A stretch of DNA of 64,000 nucleotides, taken from positions 894,515-958,514 of the forward strand of contig CAWJPJ010000008.1 of NCBI GenBank assembly GCA_963844715.1, given 5' to 3'. This DNA comes from an uncultured Phycisphaerales bacterium (GTDB lineage Bacteria; Planctomycetota; Phycisphaerae; Tepidisphaerales; Tepidisphaeraceae). The notes beneath the pieces are model-generated. The model was not told where the DNA came from. It searched no databases and saw only the letters and a program-made list of their open reading frames with translations. Shown here one piece after another: positions 41,908 to 52,842 of the stretch. Numbering within the stretch: the stretch's first letter is position 1; the number at the start of each line of letters is the position of its first letter. Both the position numbers and the translations under genes were made by a program.

Positions 41908-43136
41908 CGGTCGAAATTGATCAACTCCAGAATCAGCGCATTGGCGATTACGAACTCGGAGAGTGCGTTGAATTTCAGGGTGACAACGCCGTTTACATGG
42001 CTCGCAAGGTCGTCACGCGAGGGGTTGGACTCTACTCTTCTTTACCCATTCCCGGCGTGTCGCACGTCGGGGAATCCTCGATTCAATCCGTGCATGCGAG
42101 CATTCGTCGACTTGACCGTTCGACCGTCGCGACTGCTACCGCGGATGAGTTAGCCCGCTGGCAGACCGTCCGCCATCGTGCGATTCCACCTGTCGTCGAT
42201 GTTGCTTACGAGGAGCTGCCCGATCTGGGCCTCATCAGCCTCATCGCATATCAGCCAAGACAAGAGCCAGCTTCAACAGAGGATGTACTGGCTTCGCTGC
42301 TGTACATTCATTCCCTGGGATTAAGTCACGGGGATCTGCGGCGTTGGCTTGATGAACGGACACCGTTACCGCCAATTCCCGGCTCGAACCCATGGCAGGA
42401 CGTCGAGGACTTGGCTGAGTTTATGGGACATCAGCTTGACATAAGGGTCCGATCGTCTCTCCACACGATTGGCGAATTGCTAGTCGCCTACCGGCGAAAG
42501 CAAGCGTTCGCTCCATCCAGCACGCCGGTGACGGGCTCAATCGAGCACCGGGATAGCTTAGTGCGCTACACCTACCCGCTTGTTCCGGGACACCGATTGT
42601 TGGTCGTTGTGTTGCCGGAACACTCTCTTGTCTCGATTGGTGTCATGGTTCCTTCGGAAAGCATCGATGCCATTGGCCGTTTGTCAGCGTCAAGCCGTTC
42701 TGGAGTGGTCGAGCTGTCGCCCGGCGTTCGGTGCGGGATAGCGGTCGAGAGCCACGGAATTGTCACTGTAATTGACGTCGTCCTTGTTGGGGACCGATGT
42801 GGAGTTACGCGGTTCGACGCTTGGATCGAGGGGGCTTGGCTGTTCGCTACTTGGAACTGGCCCACCGACACGGAAGTCAAAACGATCCGAGTGCTGATCG
42901 GCGAAGCTGATGTGCAGGATTCTTTGACCGGGAGAACTCGGGGCGAGCCTGTAACATTCGCCCGACACAAGCAGCACCCACGATTTGAAACGCGGATCGC
43001 GAACTTTGCTAACACGCTTGCGATTAGGTTGCTCGATGAACGCACCGGTCGCGTTCTCGCGCAGTCTACGGCCACACGGAAGGCACCGTCGCGTTCTCGA
43101 AGACGGTCCTTTTCTAGTGAGCGCTTGTCCGAATGA
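41904..43136 (+). CDS. Degenerate Ser/Thr kinase-like N-terminus plus beta-rich WxWP domain
   Basis: RIGDYELGE...VYMAR and LLYIHSLGLSHGDL kinase-like remnants; TWNWP motif. Confidence 0.5.
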   Translation: MTVEIDQLQNQRIGDYELGECVEFQGDNAVYMARKVVTRGVGLYSSLPIPGVSHVGESSIQSVHASIRRLDRSTVATATADELARWQTVRHRAIPPVVDVAYEELPDLGLISLIAYQPRQEPASTEDVLASLLYIHSLGLSHGDLRRWLDERTPLPPIPGSNPWQDVEDLAEFMGHQLDIRVRSSLHTIGELLVAYRRKQAFAPSSTPVTGSIEHRDSLVRYTYPLVPGHRLLVVVLPEHSLVSIGVMVPSESIDAIGRLSASSRSGVVELSPGVRCGIAVESHGIVTVIDVVLVGDRCGVTRFDAWIEGAWLFATWNWPTDTEVKTIRVLIGEADVQDSLTGRTRGEPVTFARHKQHPRFETRIANFANTLAIRLLDERTGRVLAQSTATRKAPSRSRRRSFSSERLSE

Positions 43137-43172
43137 AAGGCTTGATGGCGTATTGCAGGTGGAGAGAACCTC

Positions 43173-44460
43173 ATGGCCAAGAAAACCAACTGCCCGGGCT
43201 GCTCACAGCGGATTGATCTCAAGAGCATCCGAACACACGACGCATTAGCAGCCGGATTACAGACTGAGCGTGACCTGCTCCGGCTTCGGCCCGTGCGACG
43301 TTTTTTCTGTCACCTCTGCGGCCATGAGTTCACGCATGCTGAAGCAACGGGCGGTTTACAGGGCAGTCACATTGCAATTCTTGGCGCCAGGGCCGCTGGA
43401 AAGAGCACTTACATCCCCGTCATGCTGCATCAGCTTGAACGTCAACTCATGACGGGGCTGAAGGGATTTTCGATCTTCCCGATATCCACCACGGAACCCG
43501 GAATCCCTACCGAAGTTTCAACTGATGCTGCGGCCTCTTGCCCGGCCGCAGGTGGTGTACGGCGCAGCACGACGGATCTCATCTCGCAGCGATATCGCAT
43601 GCTGCGCGAAGAAGGAGCGCCCTTGCCGGCGGCGACAGGTGGTGTTCGCTCTCAACCCGAACAGATGGCCCCACTCCGTTTTCGTCTCGACTTCGCGCAC
43701 AGATTGCTCGGCTGGCTAGGGCGCACACGCCCCAGCGAATTGAGCGTCTACGATTTCGCGGGCGAGGACTACAGCGATGAAGTCTGGTTCGAGCAACTCA
43801 ATCGCTATTTGCCATTCTCAACAGGGATAGTGGTGCTTATTGATTGCGCTTCTTTGGACGGAGTGAAGAATCTCATGCACGGCCGCGCGGATTCTCAGAA
43901 TTCCGAAAACGAAGCACAACTCCTGCTGAACAACTTGATCATGACGCTTGAGCGCGCACGAATTAAGCCCGGGTTTCAAATGTCGAATTCCGGTCACGGT
44001 GGTCTTAACCAAGTCGGATCGACTCCTGAAGATAGCCGGTTTTTCGCAAAATGTTTCTGCTTTCGTTGAGAACGGTCATATGGATGTTCATGAGCAAATC
44101 TGCGCCCTGAATCAGACGAGTGTGCAGGTTGAAACATTCCTTAAGGACATCGGCGACGGCTGGCTCGTAGAGCTTTGGAAGCGGCATTTTCATCACGTCG
44201 GGTTTTTCGCGGTGTCGGCGCTTGGACAGGAGCCCAAAGGAATTATGGGCGACCAGCGAATTGGCAACTTGGTTCCAAAGCGTGTGCTGGACCCAATTTT
44301 GTGGATATGGCGGCAGCACGGTCTGGTTCCTATTCCCTGGAGTTATCATGTCAAACGATTCTTGCGAGCTGCATCAAGTCACCTACGCAAACTGCCAGCC
44401 GGGTTTCGGTCGCACCCGACGGGGAGGATACGATGTACGCGCTTGGACAGCGGGCATTGA
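43173..44460 (+). CDS. Zn-ribbon plus TRAFAC GTPase (double-GTPase type), frameshift at ~43975
   Basis: CPGC/CHLC; G1 GARAAGKS, G3 DFAGE, G4 TKSD, G5 SALG; RVLDPILW tail. Confidence 0.8.
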
Positions 44461-46631
44461 TTCGCGTTGGCTCGACGAAATGCCTGCCTTCAGCGCGCTG
44501 GCCTGGCGCCGACCGCGTTGGACGGGAGGCGCGCGCTGCACTGGTCGAACGGCCGTTTGGGCGGGCACTGGTGCGCGTCGTTCCATCTGTTGATGCGACT
44601 GGCTCGCGCGGCGCGACCTTCGCGCACGCAATCGTAGGCCCCACGGCAAGTCTCACAGCACGGGAAGCGCTTTCGCTCTTGGCTACGCATCCGTGGAAAG
44701 ATAATGATGATGAAATAGGGGAGCTTCCAAGCGTGCCGCTCGGCTCTGCTGGAGTTGAGGAATGTAATTCGATTGAGACATTTGAGGGCCAAACAGAAGC
44801 GTCGCTTTTCATGAGCCTCTTGCACGCGGCGCTCGGAAGAGCCGCGCCATGCACCATGTTCGAGGCCGATCATGAGCTGGCCAGTCGTATATTTCGTTGC
44901 ATCATGTCGTTGCTTCCTAAAGCGTGGCGGGCCGAGCTCACTTGGTCAACCTGGGAGAATCGTCCGGGCGACCGATCGATCCGCCTTGCGGCATTTCGCT
45001 CCAGCGACAATGACATTGTGAGACAACTGGCCCGAAACGGTCAAGTGCGTCTGGCCCGAGACATACACCCGACTGGTCGGTTTGTGGCAGCAATTCAATC
45101 CTGCGTGCAGGAGCGAGCGATGGACCGGCTTACGCATCTGCTTAGCGCCGCAGACGCAGACGGCCTTACGACGATCGAAGAACTCGATGTGTTGGCAGGC
45201 GCCGTCGATGCTGCATGGCAGCCCACAATCGCCGAATTGCAAGTTCTCGACTCCGCGCTCATGCTCCGCAATCGTCTGAGTCCGCTTCGATATGTACATG
45301 CGGTGATGAGCAACATGCTCACCACTGAGAAACCGCTTATGAATCTGACGGCGTGCATTCAAAGCAATGACGCGGCGAGCGACCTTCTGCGCGACTCAAT
45401 GATGGAACTCGGCCGGCAAAACGCGGCGGTCGGCAAAGTATGCGAGCTTGGCCAGGTTTTGAGCAAGGCAGTTGAGTCAGGGTGCAACTCGACATGCCAG
45501 ATGGCGGAAGATATTCTCGAAGCGGCCGAGAAGCCTTCAATGCTGAGTCCAGATGTTGCGGCGATGCTTCTCTACGCTGCGACTGCGACGCCAGAGGGAA
45601 ACGGGGGACATTTTGATATTGGACGCCTTCGGCCCATCCGTCCGACGTTGATCGAGTCCATTTGCCGAACCGCAGGAAGTCCGCTGTATCAATTGCGATT
45701 GCTGTTGAAAGTAAACGCCGCTGAACCTTCGACATCGGCGATCATTGCATCATCTATCGTCCGTAGCCCGCAGCTACTCGATGCTTGGGCTAAAGCCAAC
45801 TCCGCACATCAACCCGATTTACTTCTTCGGGAATTAGCGGCACGATTGCCCAACGGGCTTCTTGGTGCCGCCACACCGCAGGACGCAATCGCATTCAGCC
45901 GATTCGTTGAAATCGACGCCGCTGTCGGCCGACTTGATACGCTCCGCGCCTCGATCATCCTAATTGGGCAAAGCCTTGAACCATCCGCAGAGTTGGTTCA
46001 ACGGATCGCGCTAGCGGCGTTTCACGCCAACGGGAAGATGCCCGACTCCTACCGCACTCTCTTGGAAGCGCACATTGGCAAACTTGAGCCGACGCTGCGA
46101 AAACGCATCGCCGGTCGGCTAAAGGCGGACGACGTCTTATTCGGTAGCCGCATTTCAAGCGAATCGCTCCGCGAGTTGCCACTGTTGCTTGCTGATTTAT
46201 CAGTCCCAACTCGTGAGTGGGTCCGACGCACCTGGTGGTCCCAAGCCGCTACCGCCGCAATCCAGACTGGCAAGCCATATGCAGACGATCTTGTTTTTGG
46301 GCTTGGATGCACTTTGGGCGAGAGCCCGTTGACGTTGCTTCGCGCGCTGGCCGATTCCAGCAGTCAGGGCTCGAACGGTGTCTTCGTTTGCCGCTTATTT
46401 CGACTGTTGGCTATATATGCTAGTCGGTGTCCGCGCGCGGAATATGTGACTGTCAGCGACCTTTTGCAGCGGTTTACGCACCAGCACCGCGTAAGTTTGT
46501 CCGATCAACCGCACATGGAGCGTTTATTGAATGAGTTGCCCGAGGCAGCATGGCGCTTGGCAGCCCTAGTGTTGCGGGAGCGCCGACCACGGCGCGCGTG
46601 GTTCGGGCTTGGACGCGAGGTAGCAGTATGA
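44348..46631 (+). CDS. GTPase-associated protein 1 (GAP1-N2-like) with helical C-terminus, frameshift at ~44505
   Basis: N-terminus QVTYANCQPGFG..GGYDVRA in frame 44222, then D.TG.RG.TFAHA and LLP..R.ELTWSTW in frame 44175. Confidence 0.7.
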
Positions 46632-47848
46632 GTCATGCCATCACCAACTCGGCAAATGCCAGAGGTGCGTTGCCTATTCGCAATCTCTCTGGGAACCAAC
46701 GCATATGGATGCTTCATGCGCGGACTTACAGAGCGGTTATGCTGGTCTGCACGGCAGCTTTCATTGCCTTGCCTGCCGCTTGCGCGGTGGTTTGGCTTCT
46801 TGGGGGCGCGGCGATTGTTGTCGGCTCACTTGCACTCGTTCTCGTTGTCGTTGTGACTTATATTTTGCTCATTGGCGGGGTCATCGCTGCGCTATTGGGG
46901 CTTTTCGGCGGAGGAGAAGGCGCGCCCATTGTAATCCTCGGAGTGATTGCTGGGGTCCTTGGTTTTGCCCTCAAGACCCCTGTCGATAGTTGGCAACACG
47001 AATGGCCCAATGTCTGCAATCAATTGATTGACCAAATGCAAACGTACTCTCTAATCCTTCTGAAGGATTATTTTGTCGGCCAGCATGTTTATGGACTCGC
47101 ATGGGTTCCCCTGTGTGCTCTTTCCGCTGCGGGGCTTGTGCTGCTGTCACCCGTGTGCGTCGTCAATTCTATCGCTCGCGCCCGACGGCGCTGGAAGGGT
47201 GTGCAATACGTGTGCACACAATGTGACCGCAATCAAGTATTGTCGCATCAATGCCCGAAATGTCAGACGTTAATCGAGGGCTTGGCCGCAAGTTCCAAGG
47301 GACTCTTCCATGCGTCGTGTCCGTCATGTGGATGCAGCATTCCAACGGTTGGGATAAGCGGGCTCGGGCGAGTCAAGCGATGTTGCAAGCATTGTGGACA
47401 CGGTTCGCATCCGGCAGGATGGGGGAATTGTCGTGAAACAACGGTCCTCAAGGTGGACTTGGATCAGGACGCGCCAAGTGAAAGTGCCGCTCCGGAGGTT
47501 CGCAAAGGTAAGAGCCAGCTCACTTATGTCTACCATGTCACAAGTGGCGACCTATTGAAGGAAGTCGAATTCAGGTCACGCCAAGTAGTTGCGAATGTGG
47601 ACAAGGTCGTGTTGAGCTTGGATCAGTGCAGGCCCGCGCATCGGCTTACGCAAATAATTTCCAATTTGATCACCGCGATCGAGATCGCGCAGAAGCGACC
47701 GGCAAACCGCCGCTCACCCATTCCGACTTTCGTTGTCGGCCGCGCCCACGAGCAACTCCACTCACGACCGGATTGGCAGGCGCTAAGGCAACTGCTTGAC
47801 CGCCGCTTCTGCCGCGTCGCATGGTCGAACTCCTTTTGCGTTTCCTGA
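46628..47848 (+). CDS. Membrane protein with multi-CxxC Zn ribbons and a degenerate GTPase-like tail
   Basis: Several TM segments, then CTQC, CPKC, CPSC and CKHC; tail resembles the neighbouring GTPase (ISNLITAIE...PIPTFVV) without a P-loop. Confidence 0.65.
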   Translation: MSHAITNSANARGALPIRNLSGNQRIWMLHARTYRAVMLVCTAAFIALPAACAVVWLLGGAAIVVGSLALVLVVVVTYILLIGGVIAALLGLFGGGEGAPIVILGVIAGVLGFALKTPVDSWQHEWPNVCNQLIDQMQTYSLILLKDYFVGQHVYGLAWVPLCALSAAGLVLLSPVCVVNSIARARRRWKGVQYVCTQCDRNQVLSHQCPKCQTLIEGLAASSKGLFHASCPSCGCSIPTVGISGLGRVKRCCKHCGHGSHPAGWGNCRETTVLKVDLDQDAPSESAAPEVRKGKSQLTYVYHVTSGDLLKEVEFRSRQVVANVDKVVLSLDQCRPAHRLTQIISNLITAIEIAQKRPANRRSPIPTFVVGRAHEQLHSRPDWQALRQLLDRRFCRVAWSNSFCVS

Positions 47849-47978
47849 CATCCATCCAAGAGCAGGTTTTGGCTGGAAGGGAACGGAGCATTAGGCCGGT
47901 TCACCCGCCGGTCTCGCTATGGATGTTGGCGATCTCTGGATTTCTCATAGCTCAAGCGGCAATGTGCGTCACCTTAGA

Positions 47979-47997
47979 CTTCCCCTAAACTTCCCCT
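47979..47997 (+). repeat. Putative integrase arm-type site pair (right)
   Basis: CTTCCCCTAAACTTCCCCT identical to 26084-26102. Confidence 0.7.
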
Positions 47998-48129
47998 TTT
48001 TTGTGCGGAACGTGCTTGCCTTGCCGCTCATGCAGAGTACAATCTCAGCGGTGTTAAGGCTCTGCCTACACGGGAATTAGATGTAAATCCCGGGTGCGAC
48101 GAGATTTGCTGTTTTTGAGGCAAATCTGA

Positions 48130-48161
48130 CTCATAACCATACGGTCAAATCCACGAATCCT
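48130..48161 (+). other. Right att site, degenerate tRNA-Met 3' half
   Basis: CTCATAACC-n4-GGTC-n8-GAATCCT with the same spacing as 25970-26001. Confidence 0.7.
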
Positions 48162-48427
48162 GATTCTCCTTTCGAAAACGAAGTTTCTCCGTCTCAAATC
48201 CAAACCCGCATAGGGGAAGAATGGGGGAAACCTGTCGAAGCAGCTAATTGAGACATATCAGAACTGTCATAAGCGCCTTCAGTTACAATTGAATTGAGAG
48301 ACGCGGCGATGTTCGACCATCGGGTTCTCAACCCGGCAGTAGCGAAAGATGCTGTGATGCGCTCGCCGTCGGCGAACGATGCTTCCTCGATGAGGAAGGG
48401 ATTGGCTTTTCGAAAACTCTACGTCTG

Positions 48428-49647
48428 CTACGCGATCGACCCGAGCGGACGGGCGCTGATCGGCAAAGGTTTCAGCGGTTTGTTTTGAAGGATGAGCGGC
48501 ACGTCGACCACTCGCCGGAAGAGCAAGCGGAAGGTTGAACCGACTCCGACCCGCGAATCGACGGTGAGAGTGCCTCCCAATAATTTAGCTGCCTGCGATG
48601 CAATGGCGAGGCCCAGTCCCACGCCAGATTCGCCGTGAACGTCTCCTCTTTTGAATGCCTCAAAAACCGTCTCCAAGAGCGCGGGCTCAATTCCAGGCCC
48701 CTCATCCAGTACCCACAGCACCGGACCATCTGACTGAGCGTCTTTTCCGAATCCAACGCGGATATCTCCACGGCTGATGTATTTTACGGCGTTGCCCACG
48801 AGATTTTGAAGCACCAAGGTGAGCAACTCGCCATCTGATTCGACAACCGTGCCAGGGCGCATCTCGACAATGAGCCGCGCTCCTTTGGCGTCAGCCTCGC
48901 GCGAGAATTGCCCGAGTATTTTTGTCGCCAGTGCATGTAAATCGACGGGCGACAGCGTTATCGCTTTGCCGGATTTCCGGAGTCGTTCGTGGTCCAGTAG
49001 TCGACGCATGCCCATGACCGTGTCATGGATGCATTGCTCGCGTGGTCAAGCGACTCTTCCGCTTCTGGGAAGCCGCCTGCCCGGTTCAAATCCAATCGGA
49101 GCGCTTGCAGTGTGAGCGTTACACTATTCAGGTTGTTGTTGAGGTCGTGAGAGAGGAACGAGAGAAACTTCAACTCCGTCTCGGCAGCAACGCGAAGTTG
49201 ATTCTTCTGTTGGTCCACGAGGGCAATTACGGATCGCTGGAGCATCACGTCGATAGCGGCGTGGAGTGCCGCGGATTCCATGGCTTCCATCCGCCGGTTT
49301 AGCGCCTGTTCAATGTGCAATACAGTGATGGCCCTGAGCAGCCGATCCTCCTGCATGACCTCGACCACGTCGAGGTTCAGCCTGAAACGTGAAAGGCCCT
49401 GGGACGGTGCGCGGCTTACAAGCTCTCGAATCACGTCCGGGTCATCCGACGCAAGGGCTTGAGCGATCGCGAGCAATAGCTGGGGCGTAGAATTCTTTAA
49501 TTCGTCGGATGTGAGATGCTGCATCTGCGGCATCGCCGCTCGCACAGCGGCGTCCCAATCCAGCGTTATCTGGTCCGCGCCAGCGCGCAGGATTCTTGCC
49601 AACTCGGGGAATGGGCGATGCGTGAGTTGTGCCAGCAGTGGATTCAT
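48428..49647 (-). CDS. Cytoplasmic sensor histidine kinase (RsbRD-N-like + HisKA + HATPase), frameshift at ~49035
   Basis: FLSHDLNNNL H-box; NLVGNAVKY, DEGPGI and GVGLGL boxes. Confidence 0.85.
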
Positions 49648-49883
49648 CGTTTTGCCTCCTTGCGGGAACGCAACACACCTGCTGCAGTGGGATTTCTCGC
49701 CCAGTCGGATGGTTGGCGGCCTCGCGTGGTGCCCGGAGGGCCGGGTATCTTGTACACTGTTTTAAATGGGCCGTCTGTCCGTTAGCGGACGGTGTCAAGT
49801 AAAATCTTCTGCTACCGTCAAAATCCTTAGAGCCGGGCTATTCCATGCCGCCGACGTGTAACTACTTACTGGAGCGAAGCTAA

Positions 49884-50590
49884 GTGACGATCGCAGCCCG
49901 CACGGGCAACAAAATTTTGGACCGCCTGCCAGAGCAGGATTTTCATCGAGTTTTCTCTCAATTGGAAAAAATTGCGCCCGATGTTGGCGAGGTCGTGGCC
50001 TATCCGGACAAAGAGCCAAGGCGCGTTCACTTCCCAATCTCGGGCGTGCTTTCTTCGATGGTGGTCCTTGAAGACGGGTCGATGATCGAGGCATCCACAA
50101 TCGGAAACGAGGGCATGGACGGCCTCTATCTTATGGCTGATCCACTGGCCAACCCCTACCGCATCAACGTTCAGGTACAAGGCGACATGCTCTGTATGTC
50201 GGCGTCAGCGTTCCGGCGTGCGTTGTCCGAGAGCCACGCGCTGACGCAACTTTTGCTCAGATACGCGATGGTGCTGATCCAGCGGGGCATCAAAATGGAG
50301 CGTGCATTCAACACCACACGATCGAGGAACGAATGTGCAGATGGTTGCTTGAAACGGCTCACCGCAAGGGGGAAGATCATTTCGGCCTAACCCAGGAATT
50401 TCTGAGCGACATGCTCGGCGTCCGCCGACAGAGCGTAAATTTGACAGCGCACATCCTCCAACAGGTCGGCCTGATCAAATATCACCGGGGCGAGTTGACG
50501 ATTCTTGACAGGGCCGGTTTGGAAGAATCTTCCTGCGAGTGTTTTCGTGTCACCAGCCAGATGTACGAACGCATGATGAGGCTTACGTGA
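49884..50590 (+). CDS. Crp/Fnr family transcriptional regulator, frameshift at ~50288
   Basis: VHFPISG, IGNEG, LTQEFLSDMLGVRRQSV and YHRG..ILDR..LE. Confidence 0.88.
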
Positions 50591-51074
50591 ATATCGCCTT
50601 GGGATGCGATCATCGCGGATACGCCGCCAAGCGGGAACTATTGCCGCAATTGCGAACTCTCGGCTATCAAGTAGAGGACTTTGGTTGCCCTACCTCTTCC
50701 GGCGTCGATTACGCGGACATCGCCTATCCCTTGGCGTTGGCGGTTGCCGCGGGGCAATGTGAGCTTGGAATTCTGATCGGGTGCAACGGGATGGGCATGA
50801 ACATGGTCGCGAATAAAGTCCCGGGCGTGCGCACCGCGTCGGCAGACGATGAATTCGCTGCGCACGCGCCCGTGAAAAGTATCACTGCAATATCATCTGC
50901 TTTGGCGCGGATGTCGTCGGCGGGAATGAGATTCGAAAAATCGTGGAGGTGTTTTTGCAGGCAACGGTCTCCCCACGCCATGCACGACAAGTTACAAAAA
51001 TGAGGGAGATCGAGGAAATGGTGGCCAAAGTTTATGTCGCAAAGCACAATCAACCGTTCGTGTCGCTCGTTTGA
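50587..51074 (+). CDS. rpiB: RpiB/LacA/LacB family sugar-phosphate isomerase, frameshift at ~50865
   Basis: IALGCDHRG, VDY.D, GILIGCNGMGM..ANKVPGVR and NIICFG. Confidence 0.8.
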
Positions 51075-51081
51075 GACGACG

Positions 51082-51462
51082 ATGAAGACTCAAGGCGAAA
51101 TCGAAAGCGCGATTTCGGAAGGCATCGGGCGTTTTGAACAGGAATACATGGGCCGTGGCCCCAAGGACGTTCACGCGCACTTGATCGGCGATCTGCTTGT
51201 CGTCCGGCTCAAGGGTGTTTTGACAGCAGCCGAGCAGCACCTCGTCAAGACGCTACCAAGTGAAAAGGGCCGGGATCTTCTCAAGCAGGTGCGCAGCCAT
51301 TTGATCGAAATAGCGCGACCGCAGTTGGCGGCGATGATCGAGGGCATCGCGGGCGCCACGGTTGTGAGCCTGCACCATGACATCAGTACAGTGACCGGTG
51401 AAGAAGTAATTCTCTTCACCCTTTCAAGTTCGCCGCTTTGCCGCGAGGTGAAGAAGAGATAG
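51082..51462 (+). CDS. DUF2294 / MpsC family protein
   Basis: MKTQGEIESAIS...EYMGRGP...VLTAAE...SLHHDISTVTGE. Confidence 0.85.
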   Translation: MKTQGEIESAISEGIGRFEQEYMGRGPKDVHAHLIGDLLVVRLKGVLTAAEQHLVKTLPSEKGRDLLKQVRSHLIEIARPQLAAMIEGIAGATVVSLHHDISTVTGEEVILFTLSSSPLCREVKKR

Positions 51463-51570
51463 ACAATTCGATAAATCGACATTGTCCATTGCTATTAGCC
51501 GTTGGCACGCGTACCGTGTGACGTTGCGCAGGAAGTGTTCGTGCCTGTGCGTATTTGAAATATAAAGTCG

Positions 51571-51675
51571 TCGGACGACTAAATAGACGGCATCCCGGTC
51601 TCCGGGCGGCCGGTTGCAGAGTAAGCCGACGTGGTTCCGCACCGTAAGGGTGTTGAACCACGTCGGTTCTTTTTT
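51571..51675 (+). promoter_or_regulatory. Structured leader RNA/attenuator, copy 1
   Basis: TCGGACGACTAAATAGA-hairpin-GTTGCAGAGTAAGCCGACGT, then a 14-bp terminator stem and T tract, 28 nt before a DUF2294 gene. Confidence 0.75.
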
Positions 51676-51703
51676 GGCTTAAACGAAGTCGGAAACGTAC
51701 GTA

Positions 51704-52111
51704 ATGCCTAATTCCACGCAAACAATGGCTGAAGAGATTGGCCAGGTCGCAGCAGCGTTTCAGCAGCAAAGAACCGGCATCGAGCCCAAATCCGTGCATG
51801 TCGTGCTTAGAGGAGACACCTTGGTGGTGACACTGCAGGGCGCACTGTCGCTGGCCGAGCAGGCTTTAGCGCAGAGTGCCGAAGGCGCGGCGGAAGTACA
51901 AGAGCTTCATCGTCAGTTGTTTCTCACGGCGTTCGACAGGCTCCGAGCGGAAATCAGGCGGATCACGGGGTTAAACGTGTGTGAAGCGGCCGAAGTCGAA
52001 TCAGCGGCTGGGGCAGCAATTCAGGTTCTCGCCAGTGGAACGATGGTTCAAGTATTCCAACTTTCCGGAAAGTTGCCCCCCGGAGATTTCAGCTCTGGGG
52101 ACAAACTGTGA
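51704..52111 (+). CDS. Second DUF2294 / MpsC-like protein
   Basis: QQRTG.EPKSV.V...TLVVTL.GALS.AE..L pattern, colinear with 51082-51462. Confidence 0.75.
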   Translation: MPNSTQTMAEEIGQVAAAFQQQRTGIEPKSVHVVLRGDTLVVTLQGALSLAEQALAQSAEGAAEVQELHRQLFLTAFDRLRAEIRRITGLNVCEAAEVESAAGAAIQVLASGTMVQVFQLSGKLPPGDFSSGDKL

Positions 52112-52213
52112 AGCCACGGTCTCTGGAGTTGCGATAAAAGTGCCAGTGATTGTCAATTTTAGTTTTACGGACCCAAGGCAATTTCGCTTCTGGGCCGAAG
52201 ACTTTTTAAGGAA

Positions 52214-52842
52214 ATGGACATGTTAAGTAAGAACTCGGTTATCGCGTTATTCGATCAACACACTCAAGCCGAAAACGCAGTGAAGGAACTGCAGCAGGCG
52301 GGCTTCGACATGAAGTCGCTGTCTATCGTCGGAAAGGATTACCACACCGACGAGCACGTCGTCGGATATTACACGACCGCCGATCGCATGCAGTATTGGG
52401 GCAAAAATGGCGCATTCTGGGGCGGAATCTGGGGCCTGCTCTTTGGGTCAGCCCTCTTTGTCATCCCGGGTATCGGTCCGATTGTGGCAGCCGGGCCGGT
52501 GATCGCGTGGATCGTCGCCGCTCTCGAAGGTGCGGTCGTTGTTGGTGGCCTCAGCGCTCTTGCGCCGGGCTCTACAGCATCGGCATTCCGAAGAAAAGCA
52601 TTTTGCAATACGAAACTTCGCTGAAGGCAGGGAAGTTTATGCTGCTGGTGCATGGAACCCCTGAGGAAATGAGTCGAGCTTCGACGATCCTCAAAACCAC
52701 CGGGGCATCGGAATGCCAAGAGCACATGGCGGATGCACCGGTTGCCGCGCTGTTTGATCGACGTGATTCTCACCCATGCACATCCGGAAGCGATTCGGAG
52801 CACGATTGCCGGATCGCTTCCGCGACATTAGGAGCGTTATGA
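52214..52842 (+). CDS. General stress protein (YflT/17M-like, DUF1269-like), frameshift at ~52562
   Basis: AENAVKELQQAGFDMKSLSIVGKD, GAFWGGIWG and IPGIGP. Confidence 0.75.

Larger units (their letters stand above)
25970..48138 (+). mobile_element. ~22 kb decayed integrative (ICE-like) element at tRNA-Met
   Basis: Core CTCATAACC at both ends; 19-bp direct repeat CTTCCCCTAAACTTCCCCT near both ends; integrase next to the left att; trb remnants. Confidence 0.8.

Noticed and set aside
51571..51675. Leader RNA as a known T-box, ANTAR or c-di-AMP riboswitch
   Set aside because: It lacks the T-box consensus, twin hexaloop hairpins and ydaO conserved segments as far as I can judge by eye; an Rfam search is still needed.
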